64,000 bases of DNA from Chara braunii (Eukaryota; Plantae; Charophyceae), in the NCBI GenBank assembly GCA_003427395.1, contig BFEA01000024.1, positions 4,788,502-4,852,501 of the forward strand. The letters are read 5' to 3'. A model generated the notes under the pieces. That model worked only from the letters and a program-made list of their open reading frames with translations. It had not been told where the DNA came from and made no database searches. The position numbers and the translations under genes are program-made. Shown one piece after another: positions 13,040 through 24,649 of this stretch (position 1 is the stretch's first letter; each line of letters opens with the position of its first letter).

Positions 13040-16000
13040 ACTTTTCCTAACTTCCCATGTTATATTGGGTAAGAAATTCATACTTAGAACTGTCTTCAGT
13101 TCCTTGGGTTTAAGGAGAACACATTTTTTTTTTTTTTTTTAAAGGGATCAATCATGCTTTTAGTACAACTAGATAGTATCGAACTAAGCAGATCCAACCC
13201 TGCTTTCAAAATAACACCGAGCAGATTGAAATTTAATCCTAATAAAGTAAGTCGAAGTGGGACCCGTCGGAGAAACACCTACTGACCGTGGTGGTCTGTT
13301 GGGGAACTTCTAATACCGAGCGGGACCAACCCTGCCTTTAGGAAGAAAGCAACACAAAAGTTCCTATTCCAGTTTTTTCTTTTTTTTTCTTTTTTTTTTT
13401 TACCGCTATTTTGATAAGACGGGACCAACCTTCCTAGAGCGGAACCAACGCCGCTTATGAGAAAAAAGCTAAGAGAGGACTCATCTTGACAATCCTTAAT
13501 ACAACCAGCCAAAGCAAGATCTTTCTTGAGAAATCCATAGTGACTTCGTAAAGTTGATCGAAAATTTCTCGAGCTAGAGCAGAACCAACCCCGCTTATGA
13601 GAAAAGTTCCGAGAAAACTAAATCTTAACAATCCTAGTACAGAAGGTCAAAGCAAGATCCATTGAGCATTTTATTAAGAGAACACAAGACCAACCTTGCT
13701 TTTCGCAAAAGAATAGAACGAAAGATTCACAACCCTAACACACAGTTACGTAAGCTTAAAATGAAACCAACCCTACTCATTGCTAAGACCTACTTTCCGA
13801 AGGCCGTTTGATTTCTTCTCATAAAAAATCTCATAAAGTTTCAAGATTAGGAAAGCTCATTTCATGGCATTGGATTTCTCACCCTCCCCCCCCCCCCCCC
13901 CCTTTTTTTTTTTTTTTAAATCGGGACTAACTCCGCAGAAAAGGATAAATTTCAATCTTGAGCAAAAAATCATCAAGGCCTGCGTATTTATTCCAGATCG
14001 GCTCCTATCGAATCGAAGTTGAGGGAAAAGTTTCCCTGGCAACTTGATTCCGTCAATCATGCTTGAATATTTTCTCCTTCCTCTTCGTTTTATTGCTTAA
14101 GAGTTCTTCTTCTTAGAACACATCTTTCCGTTAAACTTCTCTTCTCGGCAGTAAGTAAACAAAACTTTTCTTCTTCACCTTGCTTTCTTCCCTTTCTCTT
14201 TTGCCTTCCTTCTCCTTCCTCCCCTCTTCTCTATTTTTTTTTTTTTTTTGACTAGCTGTAAATCCCTTATTCTAATTCGTTCCTTCTCCTCCTTCTACCT
14301 TTGCCTTAATCCATCTACTCTGCCTTTTTTTTCCGTTTCCCTTTTTTTTTTTTTTTTTTTTTTTTTGCATGTCCAAGATAAAAAAGACTTCCACAGGTTG
14401 TATGCTATATTTTATACGTGCGATAGCCTAGGTTAAATAAAACCTACCCCAATCATTACACACACTAGATAGTTCTAATTTAAATGGATCGAACCCTGCT
14501 TTCAGAGCCGCACTAAGCAAAATCCGCTTCTCAATCTGTAATTAAGTAGGCCGAAATAGTATTCATCCCGAAAGCTATAGTGACTTTCGAAATTTCTAAT
14601 GCCAAGCGAGATCCGTCACCTCTCAGAACGCACAAAACAACACGAAAATTCCTACTCTGATGCCTACGGCTATGACATTAGGCGGACCCCACCTTGCTTC
14701 CAGAAGTAGCACGAAATTAAGTAAACCAAAATAGTATCCCTCTAAAAGCACATAATAACTTCTAGATCTTCTAATGCCAAGTGAGATCCTAAAGACTACG
14801 CAAATCTAACCCTGCTTCCGGAAGTAGCACTTAGCTGTTTCCGCTTCTCAATTCGTAAATTAAGTAAGCCAAAACAACATTCATCCTGAAAGCACATAGT
14901 GACTTCGAAAACTTCTAATGCCAAGCGAGTTCCTTCCCCTTTTTCGAAAGCACAAGAACTAACACAAAGTTTCTTTCTCTAATTCTTACAGTTACTATAG
15001 ACAAGACAGGGTCATTCCCTCTTGGATCTAACCAAACCCGTTCCTGAGAAATAGCTTAGAAAAGGTTCAGTTCCTCAACCCTAAGGTTCAGTAGGCCAAG
15101 AGTGAGACCTTCCTTGACAAATCACATACTGGCTTCGTAGAACAAATTAAAGATTTTCTCTCTCCTCTTTTTTTTTCTTTTTTTTTTAGCATTCCCTGTC
15201 TTTCTCCCTTCATCTCTTCCCTCTTTTTTTCCCCAGGTTTTTTCTTTTTTTTTTTAACGTGCAAAATCCATGTTGAAAAGTTGCCATAGTTATGGTCAAT
15301 AGTTTAAGTTCAAAACTTTTGTCCGATAGTTCTGCTGCATTCCGTGTCTGCTCTTCTGCTTGTACCTTTTTTTTTTTTTTTTTTTAAGCAGCGGTGCCAT
15401 AATAGGTCTGACTTTAAAGACAAAGATGCAAACAGCGATGTTATAATATGACTTATCTACTTCCGAGGCTATGCTTGGGTAGCCTCGGCGCTGCGTAGGC
15501 TAGCTATAAAACTAGAACACCTTTCCACGACCTTTTTTTTTTTTTTTTAACTTAAGATGAAGGGTAATGAGAGACAAAGTTAGGGTGGGCTTACTTGTCT
15601 GCGACGCTGCTCCATTCCCTCTTTCGAGAACATGAAAGGTTCTGGGAGTCCAAATACCCTTGGAGGTCTTGAACCTTTTACCTCCTTCCATACTTTTAGT
15701 TGTCAGTTGCAGGGATAAACCCCAAATTCCATTCCTTTGGGTACTAGAAGATGGAAAGGACATTCCTAGGCCGCTTCGAGGTTTGGTCCTTTCCATGTCC
15801 AGCCAGGTCTCTAGCAGGCCTTTGAAGCACCCCCTCTCCCACCCAGGCTGCTTCGCCGTCAACTTCCACTCCTTTTCCCATCTTTCAACACGTTCCCTGG
15901 CTTCTACGACAGTTGCTCTCCTATGAGAGGACATAGTGAATTCCAAAGTTTTTTTTTTTTTTTTTTTTTAGTATTCTTAACGACTATTATCTATTCTTCG

Positions 16001-17600
16001 TTCCACTACTCAAAGGTCCTAAGTCGGACGACCTTTGCAGATTAATCAACGATGCCCTATTTCCTGTAAACTACCGCTTTAATACCGCTAATCTTCCCTC
16101 CCTTCTTCTTTCAACCATTTCCTCGTTCTTTTTCTTTTCTTTTCCTTCTTTCTTCCTTTCTCCGCCCTTCCCCCCCCGCGCCCCCCTTAAAAAAATAAAA
16201 AAATGGCAGTTAGTTTTCTGATACTTTAACGCCTTCTCCGAGTGATCTGCTGAAATCGTTCCTCCGGGTCAATATGAATCTAACTCCTCTCTTCCTTCCT
16301 TGCTTAGTCAACCTTTACAACAACTAAGTACTCTTCTCCGCTAGTTTGCACTTCTCACTTCCTCCGTCCTTGCTATCTTTAAGTAGAGTCTTCACTTCTA
16401 CTCTCACCCCTTACTCTTCCTCCCACTACTATCGTTAAGGTTGTCACTCGTTTGGCTATGTTCCTGACTAAGTTTCCGAGACCAACACCGTGCTTCTATC
16501 GGGATGGTGGGACGAGGTGCGAGTTTCTGCCGAAGTGAACTAGCGCGAGAGGAGTAAAACGGTTGAGGGAATAGCATGCGGTACTTAACAACTCCTTCTG
16601 TTACTTTCCACCAAGGGGCACGGTTTGAAGGATAGAAAAATAAAGAAAATGAGGTGGTGACGACTTGACTTTTGTTTTTTCTTCAAAAGCACGAAATTGG
16701 TAGGCATAGGATGTCTGGTGATCGAGCCGAGTCGTTAAAAAACGGTACCTACGTAGCCTCCCCTGCCCTTCTATGTATTTCTGTAGAAGTTCGGATTAGA
16801 CTTTACCGAACAAGGCTATGTACATGGTGAGAATCTTGGTTACTATCCATAGTAAATTTGTGCTCACAAATTTTTCTCTATAATGGAACACGGAGTTACG
16901 GAAACATGATGCCGCATTCAATGAAGTCGGGTAAACGGAGATGGCGATTGCTATGGTCGAGTGTAAAACAAATACCTGATGGAAGAAAAAACCTTGTTAC
17001 TTTTGAACCGGATTTTCGCGCTATGAAACGTGAAACCGGAAAATAAAATTCTCACACTGTTTCTCCGCCGTTTGCAGGTCCGAAGATCTGAGCGTTCTCA
17101 ACAATGGTGTCGAAAATACTTTGGAAGGAAAGACACTAAGTTACGGCTCCGTTCGGGAAGAAATACCCGTTGCTCTTTCCAGCGGCCTCAACACCGCTGA
17201 TTTCTCACCATGTACCTTGGCCCCTTCATTTCTTCCGCACCTAGTTGGCTCAACCGGTACCGAGGGTCCAGATTTCACTGACACTGTTTATCTGGGGTCT
17301 GCTGCTATGCCTTGCTGCGAAAAACCTTTGGAAAAAGATCCCTTTTGGACTCCGCCTTCGGCTACCTATTTTCCAGTCGTGGACCGCTTCTCTTCGGCCT
17401 CTCTTGCCCGTGGTGTGCCACAAAATCTTGAGGTCATAGTAAACCCCGCTGCAGTAAATCCAGGGTGAGTGCTAACGTTTGCCTTACCTCCTGTCAGACT
17501 TTCACGTCTTTGATTGCTCTTACCATTCTGTCATCGGTTTCCGTGGTTAGCGGTTCCACTGGCAGCTGCAAAAGTGGGGCCAATGGTAGAGGTCCATTTT
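13040..17600 (-). mobile_element. Second, internally divergent member of the DIRS-like family, without pol or recombinase
   Basis: 17007-17598 matches 535-1150; about 16150-16450 resembles about 5850-6050 ('cccccttaaaaaa..atggcagtt..gatacttt'); ORF remnant at 15512-15946. Confidence 0.55.
13160..15130. repeat. Degenerate tandem repeats with a CCAACCCTGCTT core
   Basis: Recurring 'ccaaccctgctt', 'atagtgacttcg' and 'ttctaatgccaagcgag' at about 13195, 13326, 13424, 13585, 13690, 14490, 14688 and 14806. Confidence 0.75.
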
Positions 17601-17649
17601 CTTCGTTTATTGTACGTTCTCGCGCGTTGATGTGGTTGGGCAAGGGTAC

Positions 17650-19576
17650 GGGTCGGATCCCACAATACTTATAGTAAGTAAATCCGTAAAAGAAATAAAA
17701 AAAATGGAAGCGGGCGGGAATGAATGGAAAAGAAAAATTGCATCCTAGACACCCGTTTGTTTTGGCAAATCTAACATGCTGGCCACCTCACACTACCTAC
17801 CTACCATTGCTCCTTTTTTTTTTTTTTTTTTTTTCCCTATCTCATTAACTCGTTCCAAGGATTTAAAAACTGATAGTACATGTTAGAAAAACCATTCGGC
17901 GACAAAATCCAACCCTAAAACCAACACTCACTCAAATATTACAACCTCGCACATGCATCATCCTCACCATGCATGGGACACTGCCAACAAGTACACTACA
18001 AACAAGGAATCCGATAACCGAATATCATCATCCTTCCGTTCGGACACCACTCGCCAATCTCAAACAACCTTGTAATAAGGGCAATGAGCGGTTCTCATGG
18101 ACCCTCACAGTAGAATAAGTGATCAATTTCAGCGTACATCCTAAGCTAGACTGCAGTGGAGTACCACCATGGCACCACCAAATATATGACAAACGCGGAC
18201 GAATGTACAAACGAGGACAAACCGGCTGTTAAGCCTGTCCTTTTATTTTTATTTATTTTTATTATTATTTTATTTTTAGGCCCTTGAGCCTGTCATCACC
18301 CTTCCCTTCTCAAACCACTGTTAAGTTGTCATCACTCTTCCCTTCTCAAACCATTTGCGACTCTTGTACAACCTTGTAACACGAACCCTTACGGTGTAGA
18401 AGTCGTTGATTTCAGCGTGATTGGAAAGATAGCAAGCGCTCAAGCGATTGAAACCCAACGCGAGTAATCAAACAGCGAAGCTTTGCGCATCACAACACCA
18501 AATGAAAAGTCGAAAGCACAAATCGACTCCAGCATGTATTCTAAGCCTGACTGGAACATCACCACCGAATATGCTACAACCGAGAACAAACCAGTTGTCA
18601 TCATCCTTCCGATACCACTCAAGCATTTCTTACTCGCCATCATATATTCTCAATAAAGAAGCAATCAATTTCAACCAAAGTCAACGTGTATCCTTGGCTT
18701 GATTGGAAGCCCGCAATCAAGTACACTGTACAAAACGAAATGCATTTCCAGTCAAGACGATTGTTATCACCCTCCCCTTCTCGCAGCGCTCTCAACAGTC
18801 AATCTTACCGTCGTAGCCTAGTACGATACAAACTGTGGCCTGAGAGGTGCATTCTTGGTCAAAATACTACCGAAACACCACGTCAATCTGCGTATTGAAA
18901 GGACTTCTCGACTGAACGTCTATTCTCACGAATCTCATCCACCCACCCTTCCCCAACAACATACACATTGTTTCAGATACCCATCCTTCCCCAACAACAT
19001 GCCCATTGTGTCGAGAATCCCGCTTACTACGGTTCTTACACGTTCGCACTCCTCATTGTAGGCATACGGGGCACCCTATAGCAGCCAGAACCGTGTTCAC
19101 GAGAGAACATGCGGGGGCTGCTCCCGAACTGCAGGTGGGCGATACCTGATAGGGGACAACCGGTAGGATCGGAGACCATGCCAATAGGACCAAACTTTGT
19201 GCCTCCCCTCAGGTCCCCTCCCCTACGAACATCAACAGACTCTACTCAATGCCGATCGAGGGATCCAGTGGTCTATCTCTAGGCGGCGGGCGCCAAGCAT
19301 GCCCCGAAAGGTACATAAGGCGAATGTGGATTGATCCCACGACCTCCTGAATGCCACTTGCGAGCTTTACCAACTTAGTTAGGCCGCTGGATGCCTCTCT
19401 CACGATTTCCTTACTTCTGTCACGGGGACGTTTGCGAGCTAAGGGCAACAACTACAAACATTTCCACTTCCATACGATGGTAGTGCCGCCCCCTTACTCG
19501 TGCGAAAAATGGTGGCATCCCGAATTTTGCCAGAAAGTCAGAAAGTACTTACGGTAAGTACTGTGGGATCCGACCC
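17650..19576. mobile_element. Non-autonomous TIR DNA transposon, PIF/Harbinger-like
   Basis: 31-bp imperfect TIRs GGGTCGGATCCCACARTACTTAY.GTAAGTA (17650-17680 and 19546-19576); flanks TAC and TAA (imperfect 3-bp TSD); degenerate internal repeats at about 18000-18800; no transposase. Confidence 0.7.
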
Positions 19577-19797
19577 TAAGGTAGTGATTATGCTGTATGT
19601 TCTGTCATGTTCGGTATACACAACTCGAAGAGTTGTGTGTGTGGGGTTACACAACTAGAAGAGTGTGTGTGTGTGGGGTCATGGTTGGTGCTTTATTCAC
19701 GTGTGTGTGGGGTCCCAGTTGGTGCGTTATTCATGATGTTCATGGGAGGCTGGACCTAGTTTCCAGCAGGTGGCAGTCCCCATCAATAGACGAGAGA

Positions 19798-19798
<1 letters not shown>

Positions 19799-19886
<88 letters not shown>

Positions 19887-19930
19887 AAGAGAGAGAGAGA
19901 GAGAGAGATGCAGCATGAGAGAGAGAGAGA
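19799..19930. repeat. (GT)n(GA)n compound microsatellite
   Basis: Seen directly. Confidence 0.99.
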
Positions 19931-20879
19931 GCACAAGGGCACGCGATGACCTCCAAAAAAAAAAGAAGTAATTTTATTGGAATACACGAGTTTTCTCTTT
20001 TCAAAATTCGAATAAACGCCGCATTTTGGCTGTAGTGGTGAAACCACCAGTACCTTTCCCATGTATCAGCCATGGGCCCCTTGCCGCAGCTTTTGGAGGC
20101 CCAAAACAGAACACCGACCGCCAATTAACTATATCAATGGCGGTCTGGCCCTGAGAGTTGCCCANNNNNNNNNNNNNNNNNNNNNNNNNNNNNNNNNNNN
20201 NNNNNNNNNNNNNNNNNNNNNNNNNNNNNNNNNNNNNNNNNNNNNNNNNNNNNNNNNNNNNNNNNNNNNNNNNNNNNNNNNNNNNNNNNNNNNNNNNNNN
20301 NNNNNNNNNNNNNNNNNNNNNNNNNNNNNNNNNNNNNNNNNNNNNNNNNNNNNNNNNNNNNNNNNNNNNNNNNNNNNNNNNNNNNNNNNNNNNNNNNNNN
20401 NNNNNNNNNNNNNNNNNNNNNNNNNNNNNNNNNNNNNNNNNNNNNNNNNNNNNNNNNNNNNNNNNNNNNNNNNNNNNNNNNNNNNNNNNNNNNNNNNNNN
20501 NNNNNNNNNNNNNNNNNNNNNNNNNNNNNNNNNNNNNNNNNNNNNNNNNNNNNNNNNNNNNNNNNNNNNNNNNNNNNNNNNNNNNNNNNNNNNNNNNNNN
20601 NNNNNNNNNNNNNNNNNTTTTTTTTTTTTTTTTTTTTTTTTTTTTTCCTAACAAAGTCGAAAACCGAGCCCAACATCCCATATATTTCGAAGAGCCAGGA
20701 ATCGGGCCTGACGTTCCTCACAAAAGGTAGGTGGTCCCATCGGAGGGCGAGACATCACCGGTCAAGCCCAAGGATCGGACCACAAGCACTCACCAGTCCA
20801 AAAGGCAAAACACATAGAACGAATCCTAATTTTCAGGATAGTATACTAAGGAAGGACCATTTTTTTTCATAACTTCATG

Positions 20880-23480
20880 GACCCGTTGTCGGGATAGAAA
20901 CCCTGACAGGGGTATCTGCCCGGTGCTGTAGCAAACACCCTTACAACGGTGTTTGCCCTTGTTTTTTGAAGGTTGTGTTGGGTGCGACCTTGACAATAAG
21001 AGCGCATTGATGAGATAGATCTCGTTGGATTACACGCCTCGGCAACCTTGCCCATAGCGAGAGTCCAAGACGAATACAACTGAGTCAGAGAGTGAGTGGG
21101 GCACACATTATTACATGGCACGATAGGCGCCCGTTAATGGTCGGCGGGACTAGGCTGACACTGGAAGGCCTCGCGCAAAGACGAGGTCAGGGAAAAGGCT
21201 TAGCTAAAACTTGTCCCCCGAACATAGTGTGGTCAGTGGGTCCAGGATAAAAAATTACAGACGAACCTACGGTTGCAACGGGCGACATGCAAAACAGACA
21301 GACGGAAGGCGCCAAAGTAATGGGGTCCAACTTTCACCTTCTTTTGTTTTTTTTGGTTGGTAATATTTTTCTTTTTCTTTGTAGTCTCTTGCTTTCTTCG
21401 TGGACCGGCTCGGCCTTCTGACAGGGCCTATCGTGAAGGGGATAAAAATTTTACTTTGTATGCACACGGGAAAATTGTGTTTGAGGTCGCGTTGAAATGC
21501 ACAACTTTTCGGCCCTAGCGTGAGGTAAGCCAAGTGTTTTGACGGTGTGTATGGTGTGCGAGACGGCCAGGGTTCAAGACAACTACGAATCGAGAAACGC
21601 CGGCCAGGGTTCAACACAACTACGAACCGAGAAACGCACAATATCACCTGGCAATCGTGGGTCCAGTCGGTAGGCCGAGGTGAAGGCCTGGTGTGTGTTG
21701 GTGGGCCCAGTCACGGTGTCCAGACCCGTTTATATGAGAATTTGCGTCTGCTTGGTTCAGACTTGGGCTTAGCCCTATTGGTTACGTTGTTTGACTTTCA
21801 AGTTGCATAATGGGAAGCAAGGTCGGCAAACGACAACGTAGCGACGGAGAGTTATTGGAGGAGACCGAGGGGTCAAGGGTTGTGTGGGGCTATCCCCCTT
21901 GGTTTTGCCAACCGGATCCGAACACGAACCCGACTGGCAGAATCGAGAGGGTGTCAACAGACCCTCATCTTTTCCCCTCCCCCTTAGTTCCCCATTTTTA
22001 GTTTTATCTTTATTTTTAGTTTTTATCTTCATACCTTTCCGGGTCGATACCGGCGGCAACACCAATGGTGGAGCCGACATGCCTAGCCTAGTTCGTGCGT
22101 CCGTGAACTGTTGAAATTGCGGACGTGAATTTGAATCGAGGTGGAACTAGCTGAAGTAAGCATGTTTAAAGGCTAAACACATGCGAGAGACCGACAACGA
22201 AGAAGTACTGTAAGGGAAGGATAAAAATAACATTGAAAGAGGGTTAAAGAGTGCTTGAAATTGTTGAGCGAAAAGCAATTAGGGAAAAGTTGTGCCTCCC
22301 CATCTGGGCAGAGGTAAGTGGCGATTGCATTGTCACGCTCCCCATTGAACATGGGGTGCCTGCCGTCATGGGCTGGTGTGACCAGCATTGCCGTGGGGAG
22401 TCACTTAAACCACCACAGGTGGCCCCCACGACAGGCAAAGACTTTGAGCACGCACCTCTTTTTGTGTGGGTTATTCGAGTTCCCACGTTTTCGACATGCT
22501 GGTGAAATTCCACTATCTTGGTCGTCTTGAAGCGCGGGCCGAGGAGCTCAACGTGCGTATGAGCTAGGTGGGTGTTTAGCCCATGAGGCAGAAGAAGCCT
22601 GAGTGACGGGAACCCTTTATCGGGGAACCATCAGCCAACCACTATCTGCTGTGGCAGGTATGCGAGTGAGCATGCTTGATGGGAGCTGAAAGATGATGAG
22701 CTATGCCTTAGCTGGGATACTAGGCCAAAAGGAACTGGCCAGAGGGAACTCAAACGGTGGCTCGCAGCGATACTGACGTGCAAATTGTTCGTTGGACTTA
22801 GGTATAGGGGCGGAAGACTAATCGAATCGTATAGTAGTTAGTTCCCTCCGAACTTTCCCCGTTTGCAGCAATTCTGGCGTGCAAATCGTTTGTTGGACTT
22901 GGGTATAGGGGCGCAATTAATCAAATGTCTAGTAGTTGGTTCCCCCTGAAGTTTCCCGCAAGATAGCTGGAGCTGTTGAGCAGACCAGGCTGCGCTAAGC
23001 TCTGTCAAAGAACCGAAACGCAGGAGATAAAGACAATTGAGAGGGCGAAGAACGTGAGATGGAGGAAGGTTTCTCTCTCATTCCTTATTGGTTTTAAGCG
23101 GGGTGAGGATCGATTTAGGGCTCTTAGATGTGGGCGAGCGCGATAACAATGTTAGTTTTTGAGTTAAGGCTGCAAGAAGAGAGCTAAGAAAGAAAGTGTG
23201 TGTGAAAATGTTGAAGAAGAGGAAAAACGAAGGTGGGAAAACGTAGACCTCACCCATTTCTTAACGAGAACCGGTGAGGGAGGAGGGAAACTTGGGGTTT
23301 GGGGGCAGTACGAGGTGAATGGCAGTGTTAGTTTTAGCGATAGGTTAATGGTTTGATCAACACAAGTGTTAGATGTTGCGGGCAGACATAAAATCTTTTT
23401 TTGGTGTAAAAATAAAAATGTATCTTTCCATGTTCTAGCGGAAGATTCATTCTCATTTTGCATATTTGGTGTCAATCACT
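20880..23480 (+). mobile_element. ORF-less element, unit 1 (3' truncated)
   Basis: Start hairpins (20891-20956), GGGCTTAGCCC, GGGCTATCCCC, AATGGTGGAGCCGA, LSU remnant and GGAAGATTCATTC (about 23440), in the same order as the other units. Confidence 0.65.
22495..22975 (+). pseudogene. Decayed LSU rRNA segment with internal duplication
   Basis: Colinear with conserved LSU motifs CGTCTTGAAACACGGACCAAGGAG, GAAAGATGGTGAACTATGCC, GCAGCGATACTGACGTGCAAATCG, GGGTATAGGGGCGAAAGACTAATCGAA and GGTTCCCTCCGAAGTTTCCC..GATAGCTGGAGCT. The last ~100 nt are present twice. Confidence 0.9.
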
Positions 23481-23494
23481 GTGAGCAGTGGTAT

Positions 23495-23735
23495 GGAGCC
23501 CGCTCACGTTGTTGACATCATACATTGGATTGTTGGCCGCCTCCATGCTCGCGCCCGTGCCCTTCGTGGTGTGAGTGAGTCATCCCCTCATGGTTTTCGA
23601 CAAGCTTGGTGTGAGGCACTGTGAACAGTGGGATGAAGCCCGCTCACCTTGTCGAGATTGTACATTGGATTGGTTGCCGGCTCCTTCACACTCGCACCCT
23701 TGTCCGTCGTGGGGTGAGTGGGCCATCCCCTCAAG
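23495..23735. repeat. About 140-bp degenerate tandem duplication
   Basis: 'agcccgctcac..tacattggattg..gtgagtg..catcccctca' occurs twice. Confidence 0.8.
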
Positions 23736-24173
23736 GTTCTCGGCGAGTTTGAAGTCGTTATCTTCAGGATTCACGCTCAGCCCGTAACTTTGGGGTCATC
23801 TTTCCCCAACTTCGAGGATCGAACTTGCCCTGTTCATTGCTCGATCTCACCTTGTAAGCGTATCCGGTCGTTCCTTCAAGCCTGATATATGAATTCCACA
23901 TGGAGGGGACCACCCATGGCCGAGGCCCCGTCCACGGTCGGGGCCGCCACCCACGACCGAGGCCCCGTCCACGGTCGGGGCGACCATGGTTGCGTGGCCG
24001 CGGATTTTCAAGGCCGCATGGCGTCCAATGGGGGGGGGGGGGTGACGGGGTAGGGAGGTTTTGATTGGGAATGCAAAACCCCAAGACCACCCCCTCGCAG
24101 GAAAAAAAAAAAAAAAAATCAGGAGGGGTTGGGTTGAGAATGAAAATGAATTTTCAAAAGAGAAAAAAAAAAC

Positions 24174-24224
24174 TTGATTGATTGATTGATTGATTGGGAT
24201 TTGCTTTGTTGATTGATTGATTGG

Positions 24225-24255
<31 letters not shown>
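24174..24255. repeat. (GATT)n microsatellite
   Basis: Seen directly. Confidence 0.95.
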
Positions 24256-24258
24256 CAT

Positions 24259-24649
24259 AGTACCCCGACTTTGATCATTTTTAAAACAACATTCGCCAAA
24301 TAAAAACATTTGAAACAATTCACGAGCATGGCCTAGGTGCCTGAGTAGCTACATAAAAAAAATCAAGGTCGCCAAAATTATTTTACGCCACCAAAAACAT
24401 TTTGGCGCAAACCACAAAATATGGATTTAAAAAAAATCTGATTCCTTTTTCTCGTTTTCTTTTCTTTTCTTTTTCTTTTTTTCTTTTCTTTTCTTTTTCT
24501 TCTTCCCTCCCCCCGACAACGAGGAGGCAGTTGGCACGTTGGGAGGAGTAGGTCCTCCTCTCTCCCATCCTCTCATTTCTCTCTCTCTCCCTCTCCACTC
24601 AACTCTTACAGTTCCTCCTCCATGCGTTTGTCGTGAGCCACGAGATTCA
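24259..24649 (+). repeat. About 390-bp repeat, inverted copy at 42157-42544
   Basis: Reverse-complement colinear from AGTACCC to GAGATTCA (e.g. gcatggcctaggtgcctg and ttggcgcaaaccacaaaata). Confidence 0.9.

Noticed and set aside
19597-20124. ORFs with SLSL/THTH runs
   Set aside because: Translations of microsatellites.
22495-22975. Functional rRNA gene
   Set aside because: Short, heavily mutated and internally duplicated, with no rDNA unit context.
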